The notes below the pieces were generated by a model, which was not told the origin of the DNA, did not search any database, and saw only the letters and a list, made by a program, of their open reading frames with translations. Source: an uncultured Solirubrobacterales bacterium (GTDB lineage Bacteria; Actinomycetota; Thermoleophilia; Solirubrobacterales; 70-9). Taken from it: a stretch of 64,000 nucleotides of DNA. Below are positions 27,703-35,793 of the stretch, one piece after another (position 1 is the first letter of the stretch; each line of letters begins with the position of its first letter). A program made the position numbers and the translations under genes. The stretch lies in the NCBI GenBank assembly GCA_963699225.1, contig OY969423.1, forward strand, positions 2,032,740 through 2,096,739. Direction: 5' to 3'.

Positions 27703-27747
27703 CTTCCTGCCCCAGGCCGAGCTGAGCGACTCAGCGAGGCGAAGGCT

Positions 27748-28458
27748 TTGACGGGTCCAAACGGGACGACGGGGGCGAAGCGCGACGAGCTGCTGCTGCG
27801 CACGCCCTGCGACGTCGAGGAGCAGGACGATCTTCGCCTCGGGCGCATCCACAACGAGGTCGAGCGTGGCTTCGACGCGCTGCGCGACATCGAGGATGGA
27901 GTGACGATCTTCGGCTCGGCGCGGATCAGTGAGGGCCACCGCTGGTACGGGCTCTGCCGTGAGATCTCCGCTTGCCTGGTCGATCACGGCTTCTCGATCA
28001 TCACTGGCGGCGGGCCCGGCCTGATGGAGGCGGCCAACCGCGGCGCCGCGGAGGCCGGCGGCCTCTCGGTCGGCCTCAACATCGAGCTGCCGCACGAGCA
28101 GCACACGAATCCCTACGTCAACCGCAGCCTCAACTTCCACTACTTCTTCGCCCGCAAGCTGATGTTCGTTCGTTACGCGCGTGCCTTCGTGATCATGCCC
28201 GGCGGCTTCGGCACGCTCGACGAGATGTTCGAGTGCCTGACCCTGATCCAGACCAACCGGATCAAGCACTTCCCGACGATCCTGGTCGACTCAACGCACT
28301 GGGCGCCTCTGCTCGAGTGGATCGACGACAGCCTCGAGGACGACGGCATGATCGGCCCCGAGGACAAGGAGCTGCTCGTCATCGCCGACACCCCCGACGA
28401 GGTCTGCGACCACGTGCAGCGGGCGAGCTCGAAGCAGAAAGAATTGGCGGCGAGCTAA
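27748..28458 (+). CDS. LOG family protein (TIGR00730-type; cytokinin riboside 5'-monophosphate phosphoribohydrolase-like)
   Basis: IFGSARI...ITGGGPGLMEAANRGA...PGGFGTLDEMFE are LOG motifs (GGGxGxM, PGGxGTxxE). TTG start. Confidence 0.85.
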   Translation: MTGPNGTTGAKRDELLLRTPCDVEEQDDLRLGRIHNEVERGFDALRDIEDGVTIFGSARISEGHRWYGLCREISACLVDHGFSIITGGGPGLMEAANRGAAEAGGLSVGLNIELPHEQHTNPYVNRSLNFHYFFARKLMFVRYARAFVIMPGGFGTLDEMFECLTLIQTNRIKHFPTILVDSTHWAPLLEWIDDSLEDDGMIGPEDKELLVIADTPDEVCDHVQRASSKQKELAAS

Positions 28459-28461
28459 AAC

Positions 28462-28491
28462 GCAAATGACCCGCCGAGGCGGGTCATTTGC
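28462..28491 (-). terminator. intrinsic terminator hairpin, functional orientation minus (purF-purN-purH transcript or a 3' RNA)
   Basis: GCAAATGACCCGCC-GA-GGCGGGTCATTTGC forms a perfect 14-bp arm pair. On the minus strand it is followed by GUUUU. On the plus strand no U-tract follows. Confidence 0.6.
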
Positions 28492-28714
28492 GAAACGGGG
28501 GCTGCCGTCGAAATAACGAACGACCCCACCCTCACGTATTCAGATCTTAGCGCCCCGAGCGGGAGTCGAACCCGCCAGCCCCCGTTTCGTGAGGACGAGG
28601 CCCGCATCCGGCGGCCGGGGCGTCGCCGCTCTCGCGGCGGACCCGACGCTATGCAGGCTCATCGCACGTATTGCGCGCTAAATCGAAGGAATAGCGCGCG
28701 AGCTGAGCTGAGAG

Positions 28715-30331
28715 CTAGTGGCGGAAGTGCCGGTGCTTGGTGAAGACCATCGTCACGCCGGCCTCCTCGCAGGCCGCAATTACCTCGGCGTCGCGCTTCG
28801 AGCCGCCCGGCTGGATCACCGCGGTAGAGCCGGCCTGCAGAGCTAGCTCGGGCCCGTCGGCGAAGGGGAAGAAGGCGTCTGAGGCGACGGCGGAGTCCGC
28901 CAGCAGGGCGTCCGCATCCTCGCCGCGAGCGTCGCGGCACTTCTCGACTGCGAGGCGGACCGAGTCGACGCGGCTCATCTGGCCGGCGCCGATGCCGAGC
29001 GTGGCGCCGTCCTTGGCGATCACGATCGCGTTGGAGCGGACGTGGCGGACGACGGTCCAGGCGAAGCACATGTCGTCCCACTGCTGATCGCCCGGCTGTG
29101 ACTTGGTGACAACCTCCATGATCTCGCGCGGCTCGGGGTCGCCGTCGCGGTCCTGGATCAAGAGGCCGCCCATCACCCGTTTGACGTCGCGTTCGCCCGG
29201 TTCGCGCTGGCGGCGCTCCTCCTCGCAGAGGATGCGGATCGCCTCCTTCTGCTGCAGGACAGCGAGGGCGCCGTGCTCGTAGTCGGGCGCGATCAGCACC
29301 TCGACGAAGTTCTCGTGCAGTCGTTTGGCGAGCTCCTCGGAGACCGGCCGGTTGAAGGCGATGACGCCACCGAAGGCCGACATCGGGTCGCAGGCCAGCG
29401 CCTTCTCGTAGGCCTCAAGCGCCTCCTTGCCGATCGCCACCCCGCAGGGGTTGTTGTGCTTGACGATCGTGCAGGCGGGCTGCTCGAAGTCGTCAACCAG
29501 GCGACGGGCCGAGTCGAGGTCGAGCACGTTGTTGAAGGAGAGGGCGCGGCCGTGCAGCTTGGCGACGCGCGAGAGCACGTGGCTGCGCACGCCGGCTTCG
29601 GAGTAAAGCGCGGCCCGCTGGTGCGGGTTCTCGCCGTAGGAGAGGTCGAGCACCTTCTCGTAAGCGACGGCGAGGTGTTCGGGGTAGTCCTCGTACTCGG
29701 TCGAGAACCAGCGGCTGATCGCGGCGTCGTAGCGCGCGGTCTGGGCAAAGGCCTCGTTGGCGAGCCAGTGCCGCGTCGTCGCTGAGACCTCGCCGCCGGA
29801 CTCCTCCAGCTCAGCCAGCACCGCGTCGTAGGACTCGGGCTTGACCACGACCGCGACCCCGTTGTGATTCTTGGCCGCGGCGCGGATCATCGTCGGCCCG
29901 CCGATGTCGATGTTCTCGACCACAACGCCTGGCTCGACGTCCTGGATCGCGACGGTCTGCTCGAAGGGGTAGAGGTTGACGCAGACCAGGTCGATCGGCA
30001 CGATCGCCTCGCGTTCGAGCGTGGCCATGTGCTCGGGGTCGTCGCGGCGGGCGAGCAGCGCCGCGTGCAGCCGCGGGTGCAGGGTCTTGACCCGGCCGCC
30101 GAGGATCTCTTCCTGGCCGGTGAACTCGGCGACGTCGGTCACCTCGAGCCCAGCCTCGCGCAGCGCTGCCGCGGTGCCCCCGGTGGAGAGGATCTCAACC
30201 CCGAGGGCGGCCAGGCCGCGGGCGAAGTCGGCGACCCCGGTCTTGTCGGATACCGAGACGAGCGCCCGGCGCACCCTGATCGCGCCGTCGTTGACGGTCT
30301 CGGATCGGGTGTCTGCGGCGGCCTCAGTCAT
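28715..30331 (-). CDS. purH: bifunctional AICAR formyltransferase / IMP cyclohydrolase
   Basis: RRALVSVSDKTG...ILSTGGTA...GGRVKTLHP...IVKHNNPCGVA...VIQPGGSKRD are PurH motifs. 538 aa. Confidence 0.95.
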   Translation of the reverse strand: MTEAAADTRSETVNDGAIRVRRALVSVSDKTGVADFARGLAALGVEILSTGGTAAALREAGLEVTDVAEFTGQEEILGGRVKTLHPRLHAALLARRDDPEHMATLEREAIVPIDLVCVNLYPFEQTVAIQDVEPGVVVENIDIGGPTMIRAAAKNHNGVAVVVKPESYDAVLAELEESGGEVSATTRHWLANEAFAQTARYDAAISRWFSTEYEDYPEHLAVAYEKVLDLSYGENPHQRAALYSEAGVRSHVLSRVAKLHGRALSFNNVLDLDSARRLVDDFEQPACTIVKHNNPCGVAIGKEALEAYEKALACDPMSAFGGVIAFNRPVSEELAKRLHENFVEVLIAPDYEHGALAVLQQKEAIRILCEEERRQREPGERDVKRVMGGLLIQDRDGDPEPREIMEVVTKSQPGDQQWDDMCFAWTVVRHVRSNAIVIAKDGATLGIGAGQMSRVDSVRLAVEKCRDARGEDADALLADSAVASDAFFPFADGPELALQAGSTAVIQPGGSKRDAEVIAACEEAGVTMVFTKHRHFRH

Positions 30332-30947
30332 CGACTACGACCCGGCGCGGGTCGTCAGCGTCGATCCTAACCTTGCCCGCCGCGATCATGCGGATCGCCT
30401 CCGAGTAGAGCTGGTGCTCGACGGTGTGGATCGCCAGCTCGAGCGCCTCGCGGTCGCGATCGGGCGGCACGTCGACCTCGCGCTGCAGGATCGTCGGCCC
30501 GGTGTCGACGCCCTCGTCGACGAAGTGGACGGTGACGCCGGTGACGTTGGCGCCCGCCGCCAGCGCCTGTCCGATCGCGTCGAGGCCGGGGAAGGCGGGC
30601 AGCAGGGCGGGGTGGACGTTGACGACACGGTTGCGGAAGCGCCCGACGAAGGCCGGGCTGAGCAGCTGCATGTAACCGGCGAGGACGATCAGATCGGCGC
30701 CCCGCTCCTCGACCCAGTCGGCCATTGCGGCGTCGCGCTCGGCCCGATCGGCGAAGTCCTCGCGGGGGAAGAGCCCGACCGCGATCCGCGCCGCCCGGGC
30801 CCGTTCGATCGCCGGCGCCCCGGGCTTGTCGGAGCCGACCCCGACCACCTCGATCCCCTCGCGCATGTGCAGTCGGTCGAGGATCGCCTGCAGATTCGAT
30901 CCGGTCCCGCTGGCCAGGACCACCAGGCGGAATGTGGCGCTACGCAT
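30324..30947 (-). CDS. purN: phosphoribosylglycinamide formyltransferase
   Basis: ATG 30947 gives MRSATFRLVVLASGTGSNLQAILD...NVHPALLPAFPG...VHFVDEGVDTGP. The SD and ATG lie inside the family-1 repeat core. Confidence 0.9.
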   Translation of the reverse strand: MRSATFRLVVLASGTGSNLQAILDRLHMREGIEVVGVGSDKPGAPAIERARAARIAVGLFPREDFADRAERDAAMADWVEERGADLIVLAGYMQLLSPAFVGRFRNRVVNVHPALLPAFPGLDAIGQALAAGANVTGVTVHFVDEGVDTGPTILQREVDVPPDRDREALELAIHTVEHQLYSEAIRMIAAGKVRIDADDPRRVVVDD

Positions 30948-31026
30948 CTCGGCGTCCTCGGTCGCTCGCGTGCAGAGCACGCCACGCTCCCTGCGTCCTT
31001 GATCTGCTTGACCACATTCCGCCTGG
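30923..31026 (-). repeat. family-1 element copy filling the purF-purN spacer (core 30942-31010, arms 30923-30937 / 31012-31026)
   Basis: The perfect 15-bp arms, CCAGGCGGAATGTGG / CCACATTCCGCCTGG, differ in sequence from the thiE copy. The core is 62/69 identical to the thiE copy. Confidence 0.85.
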
Positions 31027-31034
31027 GAGTGAGG

Positions 31035-32483
31035 TCATTGACCCACTGCGGGAACGACTGCAACATCCTCCAACGCAAACTTTCCATTCGCGTCTTCGGG
31101 ATCGCCGAGCGGGTAGCGGCCGCTGAAGCAGGCATCGCAGTGGTCCTCGGGTGGAGTGCCGATCGCCTCGTAGACGCCGTCCATCGAGAGGTAGGCGAGC
31201 GAGTCGGCGTCGAGCTCGTCGGCGATTTCCTGGATCGAGCGCTTGTGGGCGATCATCTCCTCGCGGGTCGACATGTCGACGCCGTAGTGGCAGGGGTTGC
31301 GGATCGGCGGCGCCGAGATCCGCAGGTGGACCTCGCGGGCGCCGGCGTCGCGCAGCATGCCGACGATCTGGCGGGTCGTGTTGCCGCGCACGATCGAGTC
31401 GTCGACGACGACGATGCGCTGGCCGGAGACGATCTCGGGCAGCGGGTTGAACTTCAGCCGCAGGCCGTGCTTGCGCAGCTCCTGGCCGGGCTGGATGAAG
31501 GTCCGCGCCACGTAGCGGTTCTTGATCAGGCCGTCGTCGCGGGGCAGCCCCGAGGCGCGGGCGAAGCCGGCGGCGGCTGGGTTGCCGGAGTCGGGCACCG
31601 AGATCACCAGGTCGGCCTCGACCGGCGACTCGCGATGGAGGATCTCGCCCATCCGGCCGCGCACCTGCTGCAGCACTTTGCCCTCGAGCCGGCTGTCGGG
31701 GCGGGAGAAGTAGATGTGCTCGAAGACGCACATCGCCGGCCGCTCGGCCTTGACCACCTGGCGCGTCTCCAGCCCGCGCTCGGTTAGCGAGACCATCTCG
31801 CCGGGGTGCACTTCGCGCATCAGCTCGGCGCCGATGATGTCGAAGGCGCAGCTCTCCGAGGCGACGACGAAGCGGTCGTCGAGGCGGCCGAGCGAGAGCG
31901 GCCGCACCCCGTGCGGGTCGCGGAAGGCGACGATCGCGCGCTTGGTCATCACCACGGTCGAGTAGGCGCCCTCCAACCGCGGCATCACGTCCGTGACCGC
32001 GTCCTCGATCAACTTGCCGTCATGGGAGGAAAGCAGCGCCGCGATGATCTCCGAGTCCGAGGTGCCGCGGAAGGCGATGCCGCGCTCCTTCAGCTCGCCC
32101 CAGAGCTCGACCGCGTTGGTCAGGTTGCCGTTGTGGGCGAGCGCCAGCTCGCGGCCGTCGTCGCGCCAGACCGGCTGCGCGTTCTCCCAGGAGCCGCCGC
32201 CGGTGGTCGAATAGCGCACGTGGCCGATCGCCATGTCGCCCTCCAGCGCCTTCAGCTTCTCCTCGTCGAAGACCTGCGAGACCAGGCCCGAGTCGCGCAT
32301 CGTGGTGATGTGGCCGCCAACGCAGGTGGCGATCCCGGCCGACTCCTGGCCGCGGTGCTGCAGTGCGTAGAGGCTGAAGTAGGCCAGGCGCGAGACGTCG
32401 TGCCCGGGTGCGTATACGCCGAACACCCCGCATTCCTCGCGCGGGCTGTCGCGGTCTATGAACTGCCCCTGGGGCGGAGTCAA
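31035..32483 (-). CDS. purF: amidophosphoribosyltransferase
   Basis: ECGVFGVYAP (N-terminal nucleophile Cys after a short propeptide). SESCAFD. The PRPP loop VVVDDSIVRGNTT. TTG 32483 follows GAGGAAAG. The ORF is open to 32552, so the start is uncertain. Confidence 0.9.
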   Translation of the reverse strand: MTPPQGQFIDRDSPREECGVFGVYAPGHDVSRLAYFSLYALQHRGQESAGIATCVGGHITTMRDSGLVSQVFDEEKLKALEGDMAIGHVRYSTTGGGSWENAQPVWRDDGRELALAHNGNLTNAVELWGELKERGIAFRGTSDSEIIAALLSSHDGKLIEDAVTDVMPRLEGAYSTVVMTKRAIVAFRDPHGVRPLSLGRLDDRFVVASESCAFDIIGAELMREVHPGEMVSLTERGLETRQVVKAERPAMCVFEHIYFSRPDSRLEGKVLQQVRGRMGEILHRESPVEADLVISVPDSGNPAAAGFARASGLPRDDGLIKNRYVARTFIQPGQELRKHGLRLKFNPLPEIVSGQRIVVVDDSIVRGNTTRQIVGMLRDAGAREVHLRISAPPIRNPCHYGVDMSTREEMIAHKRSIQEIADELDADSLAYLSMDGVYEAIGTPPEDHCDACFSGRYPLGDPEDANGKFALEDVAVVPAVGQ

Positions 32484-32606
32484 GCGCGCTTTCCTCGCGG
32501 TTGGGGAAGGACGTGACGCGCAGGCGGACTGCCTACCCCGGCAGGGTAGCAACGGCGGGCGGCCGGTAAGCCGCGACAGAAAGCTCGCGATTTGCGGCCG
32601 TTCCGG

Positions 32607-33629
32607 CTAAGAGGTCCTGGTGGAGTGGACCCGGTCGCGGCCGTGGAGGCGGATCGTGATCGTGTGATCGGTCACCCTGCCGGCGAGGTCGGTTGTCCGC
32701 GCCGTGATCGTTCCCTTCACCACTTGTTTCGGCGAGGTATCGCCGAGGTGGCGAATCACAGATTTGGGCAGCTTGACGTTGTAGGGCGTGACTTCCCCCG
32801 GTTTCACCAGCGTCGTGCCACCGCTGAGACCGACGATTACCCCGGTGCTGATGTGGTCGCCGGGTTTGTCGGTCGTCTTCGAGGCCAGGGCGCCGCCCTT
32901 GTGGCGTGGTTTCCAGCCAACCTGGCCGAAGATCTGGACCGAGGAAGCTTCGCTGGCGCTGACCAGGACGAGGACCGAGCGCTTGAGCACGATCGGGAAG
33001 GTGTCGAGCAAGATCGTCGGGCAGGGTCCCTGGTAGGCGGCACTCTGCGGGCAGCCGTCCTGGCTCTCGTCGCCGTAGCCATCTCCGTCGCGGTCGGGCT
33101 CGATCACGGCGACTAGCGGCACGCGTTCGTCCACGCCTGCATGAAAGAGATGCGTGGAGCCGACGCCGACACTGCCATTGAAGGACCAGGTGTGGTCGGC
33201 GGTGTTGCCAGTAGCGCACCTCAGTGCGCTTTCTTCACCTACCGCGACTGGCCCGAACCGGTCGCCTGCTCGGACCGGGATCCGCGTGGAGAAGACATTC
33301 GAGCCGGGTTTGACGCTCTCCTCATTGCTCTCGCCGATTACCTGAAAAGTGCCTGCCTCGCCCGTTGGTCGAAAGGCCGCCATCACCTCCGGGACCGGTG
33401 TGGGGAGAGCGGAATTGACCTTCCAGGCCGTCACAACGCCGCTGGCCGGTGCTGACAGCGGCAGTGGACCTTCCGAGGAACGCGCCTCCGGGACCAGCGT
33501 GAACGGGCCGCTCGCGGCGTTACCCGCGCATTCGTCGCCGACTTCGGTCGCTGCTGAGACAGGGGACGCACCGACCAGCGCTATGGCCAGGAGCATTCCC
33601 ACAAGAGCAACTGTGCCCAACGATCGCAT
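32607..33629 (-). CDS. secreted protein, paralog of 11574-13250 (one beta-rich module plus the EPDRDGDGYGDESQDGCP motif plus an Ig-like tail)
   Basis: ATG 33629 follows GGAGGGA. Signal peptide MRSLGTVALVGMLLAIALVGASPVSAA. The motif IEPDRDGDGYGDESQDGCPQSAAYQGPCP parallels the 11574 product. Confidence 0.7.
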   Translation of the reverse strand: MRSLGTVALVGMLLAIALVGASPVSAATEVGDECAGNAASGPFTLVPEARSSEGPLPLSAPASGVVTAWKVNSALPTPVPEVMAAFRPTGEAGTFQVIGESNEESVKPGSNVFSTRIPVRAGDRFGPVAVGEESALRCATGNTADHTWSFNGSVGVGSTHLFHAGVDERVPLVAVIEPDRDGDGYGDESQDGCPQSAAYQGPCPTILLDTFPIVLKRSVLVLVSASEASSVQIFGQVGWKPRHKGGALASKTTDKPGDHISTGVIVGLSGGTTLVKPGEVTPYNVKLPKSVIRHLGDTSPKQVVKGTITARTTDLAGRVTDHTITIRLHGRDRVHSTRTS

Positions 33630-33672
33630 GCTTCCCTCCAGGTTCGACGACGACCGCCGGGAGGTTAGAGGC

Positions 33673-34305
33673 CTAAGGCGACGCCGACGAGCCTTCGAGC
33701 AGCCGGTCCAGCGCATGTCCGAGGCCACCGATCGCCGAGTCGAGCGGCTCCTGGCTGCCGGCGGCACGAGCCCGCAGCAGAGCACCCTCGACTGTGGAGA
33801 CCACGAGCCCGGCGAAGGCCTCGGCATCTTTGGCCCGCACTCCTTCGTCGCGCAGGGCGGCGGCGATCGGCCGTTCCCAACTCTGGAAGGCCGCGGTCGC
33901 AACTGCGGCGAGCTCCGGGTCTTCGGGTCGGGCCAGGGCGACGGCGGCGACCGGGCAGCCGATTCGCTCCGGGTAGTCGGCGACGCGACGGCGGAAGACG
34001 TCGCCGAAGAGTGCGAGGGTCTGCTTCAGGCCGCGCTCCTCGAGCGAGCGTTCGATCAGATCGCGGATAGTCGCGCCTTCGAGTTCGGCCGCCTCGCGGG
34101 CGAGCTGCACCTTGCCGCCCGGGAAGTGGTGGTAGATCGAGCCGCGCGGGGCCTCGCCGCGCTCGGCGACGTCGCGCAGCTCCATGCCGGCGTAGCCCTT
34201 CTCGGCAAGTAGTTGACGGGCGCCTTTGAGCAGCAGGGCGCGACCGTCGCGGCGCTTGCCCTCTCGCGGCTCTCCATCGGCGATCCTCGCTATGCCCACG
34301 GTCAT
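33673..34305 (-). CDS. TetR family transcriptional regulator
   Basis: N-terminal HTH LLLKGARQLLAEKGYAGMELRDVAERGEAPRGSIYHHFPGGKVQL. Divergent from the MFS gene. Confidence 0.85.
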   Translation of the reverse strand: MTVGIARIADGEPREGKRRDGRALLLKGARQLLAEKGYAGMELRDVAERGEAPRGSIYHHFPGGKVQLAREAAELEGATIRDLIERSLEERGLKQTLALFGDVFRRRVADYPERIGCPVAAVALARPEDPELAAVATAAFQSWERPIAAALRDEGVRAKDAEAFAGLVVSTVEGALLRARAAGSQEPLDSAIGGLGHALDRLLEGSSASP

Positions 34306-34342
34306 AGTCTATAGTCCGCGCCGATGTATGACCGTGGTCATA
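34291..34342. promoter_or_regulatory. paired TetR-type operator palindromes in the TetR/MFS divergent region
   Basis: TATGCCCACGGTCATA (34291-34306) and TATGACCGTGGTCATA (34327-34342). Each is a near-perfect 16-bp palindrome. The reverse complement of one matches the other at 15/16 positions. They overlap both start codons. Confidence 0.55.
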
Positions 34343-35793
34343 AAGGGATCGTGGTGGTCGCTTGCGCCGGCGCTTTCCTTGCCTTCCTCGACGCCACGAT
34401 CGTCAACATCGCCTTCCCGGATATCTCGAGCTCCTTCGCGGGCTCGGGGCGAGACGCGCTCTCCTGGGTGCTCGACGGCTACTTCGTCGTCATCGCAGCG
34501 CTGCTGGTGCCGGCGGGCGGGCTGGCCGACCGCTTCGGCCACAAGCGGATCTTCTTGCTCGGCGTCAGCGGCTTCACAGCCGCCAGCTTGCTTTGCGCTT
34601 TGGCTCCATCGCTCGGCTTCCTGATCGCCTTCCGGGTGATCCAGGGCGTTGGCGCGGCAATGGTCATGCCGACCTCACTGGCGCTTGTCCTCGATGCCTT
34701 TCCCTCCGAGCGCCGCGCCGCGGGCGTTGGCATCTGGGGCGCCGCCGCGGCGGCCGCGGCGGCGGTCGGCCCAACCCTGGGCGGTGCCCTGGTCGAGCTC
34801 TACGACTGGCGCCTGGTCTTCCTCGTCAACCTGCCGCTGGGAGCCGCCGTGGTGTGGTTCGGCGCCAAGGCTCTGCGCGAGCGCCCGCAGCTCGACAGCC
34901 GCCTGCCCGATCTGCTCGGGGCGCTGATGCTGGCCCTCAGCCTTGCCCTGGTCACGCTGGCGATCGTCGAGGGCAATGACTGGGGCTGGACCGCGACCGC
35001 GACGCTCGGCTGTTTCGTCGCTTCCGGCCTCCTGCTCGGCGGGATGATCTGGCGCAGCCGCAGCCACCCACGCCCGATCATCGAGCCGGAGCTCTTCCGC
35101 CACGGCTCCTTTCGCGTCGGCAATCTCGGCACCCTGCTCTTCGCCGCCGCCTTCTTCTCGCTGATCCTCGGCAACGTCGTCTTCCTCACCTCGATCTGGG
35201 GCTACACGGTGCTGCAGGCCGGTGCCGCGACGCTGCCTGGGCCGACCCTCTCGACCGTCGTCGCCGGCCCCGCCGGCAAGCTCGCGGACCGCTTCGGCCA
35301 CCGCGCCGTGATCGTCCCCGGCACCCTCTTCTTCGCCGCTGGCGTGATGGTGCTGCGCTCGGCGGGCGCCACTCCCGACTGGCTCGGCCTCTGGCTGCCC
35401 GGCGCCTGCCTCACCGGCATCGGCATCGGCCTCGCCTTCCCAACCCTCGGCGCCGCCTCGGTGCGCGACATCCCAGGCGACCGTTTCGCCACCGCCAGCG
35501 CCGTCAACGCCGCCTTCCGTCAGGTCGGCGCCGTGCTCGGCACCGCGATCCTCGTCGCCATCGTCGGCGAACCGGCGACGCTGCAGGCCGCTCTCGACGT
35601 CTCCAACGACGCCTACCTCTTCTCGGCTATCGCCGCCCTCGTTTCAGGTGCCGCCGTGCTCGGCCTGCGAGCTCAGCGAAAGCCAGGCGCTCTCGGCGGC
35701 GCCGACGCCGACGGTGAAGCTGCGGTCGCCGGCGGCGACCTCGATCGTGCTGCCGCCGACCTCGCCGATCAGCGTCGCCCCGAGCGCGTTTAG
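34324..35793 (+). CDS. MFS transporter, DHA2 (EmrB/QacA-like, about 14 TMS) drug-efflux type
   Basis: FLAFLDATIVNIAFPDI...LVPAGGLADRFGHKRIF are DHA2 motifs. 489 aa. The 3' end overlaps convergent purL by 150 nt. Confidence 0.85.
   Translation: MYDRGHKGIVVVACAGAFLAFLDATIVNIAFPDISSSFAGSGRDALSWVLDGYFVVIAALLVPAGGLADRFGHKRIFLLGVSGFTAASLLCALAPSLGFLIAFRVIQGVGAAMVMPTSLALVLDAFPSERRAAGVGIWGAAAAAAAAVGPTLGGALVELYDWRLVFLVNLPLGAAVVWFGAKALRERPQLDSRLPDLLGALMLALSLALVTLAIVEGNDWGWTATATLGCFVASGLLLGGMIWRSRSHPRPIIEPELFRHGSFRVGNLGTLLFAAAFFSLILGNVVFLTSIWGYTVLQAGAATLPGPTLSTVVAGPAGKLADRFGHRAVIVPGTLFFAAGVMVLRSAGATPDWLGLWLPGACLTGIGIGLAFPTLGAASVRDIPGDRFATASAVNAAFRQVGAVLGTAILVAIVGEPATLQAALDVSNDAYLFSAIAALVSGAAVLGLRAQRKPGALGGADADGEAAVAGGDLDRAAADLADQRRPERV

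Noticed and set aside
28549-28626. A possible genuine tRNA, or tRNA-Sec or tmRNA 3' domain, on the minus strand.
   Set aside because: A T-arm and a 7-8 bp acceptor pairing can be drawn, but no D-arm or anticodon arm folds. The only candidate anticodon loop, ACGAAAC, lacks U33, and the space is too small for tmRNA. It is kept only as a tRNA-like fragment or structured RNA candidate.
29976-31787. 603-aa plus-strand ORF across purH, purN and purF. Similar long antisense ORFs occur at 19224-20282, 20234-21361, 21977-23044, 25824-27044, 39708-40973, 52686-54152, 61129-61923 and 62722-63804.
   Set aside because: Each is antisense to a gene with clear homology motifs. Their products are Arg/Gly/Ala/Asp-rich with no motifs. 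This is the classic high-GC antisense open-frame artefact.
32484-32606. A riboswitch (ZTP/pfl or PRPP type) in the purF leader.
   Set aside because: Only a loose CCGCCUGCGC resemblance to the ZTP 3' subdomain is present. The conserved 5' subdomain (GACUGGCG-type) is absent. The evidence is insufficient without a covariance-model scan.
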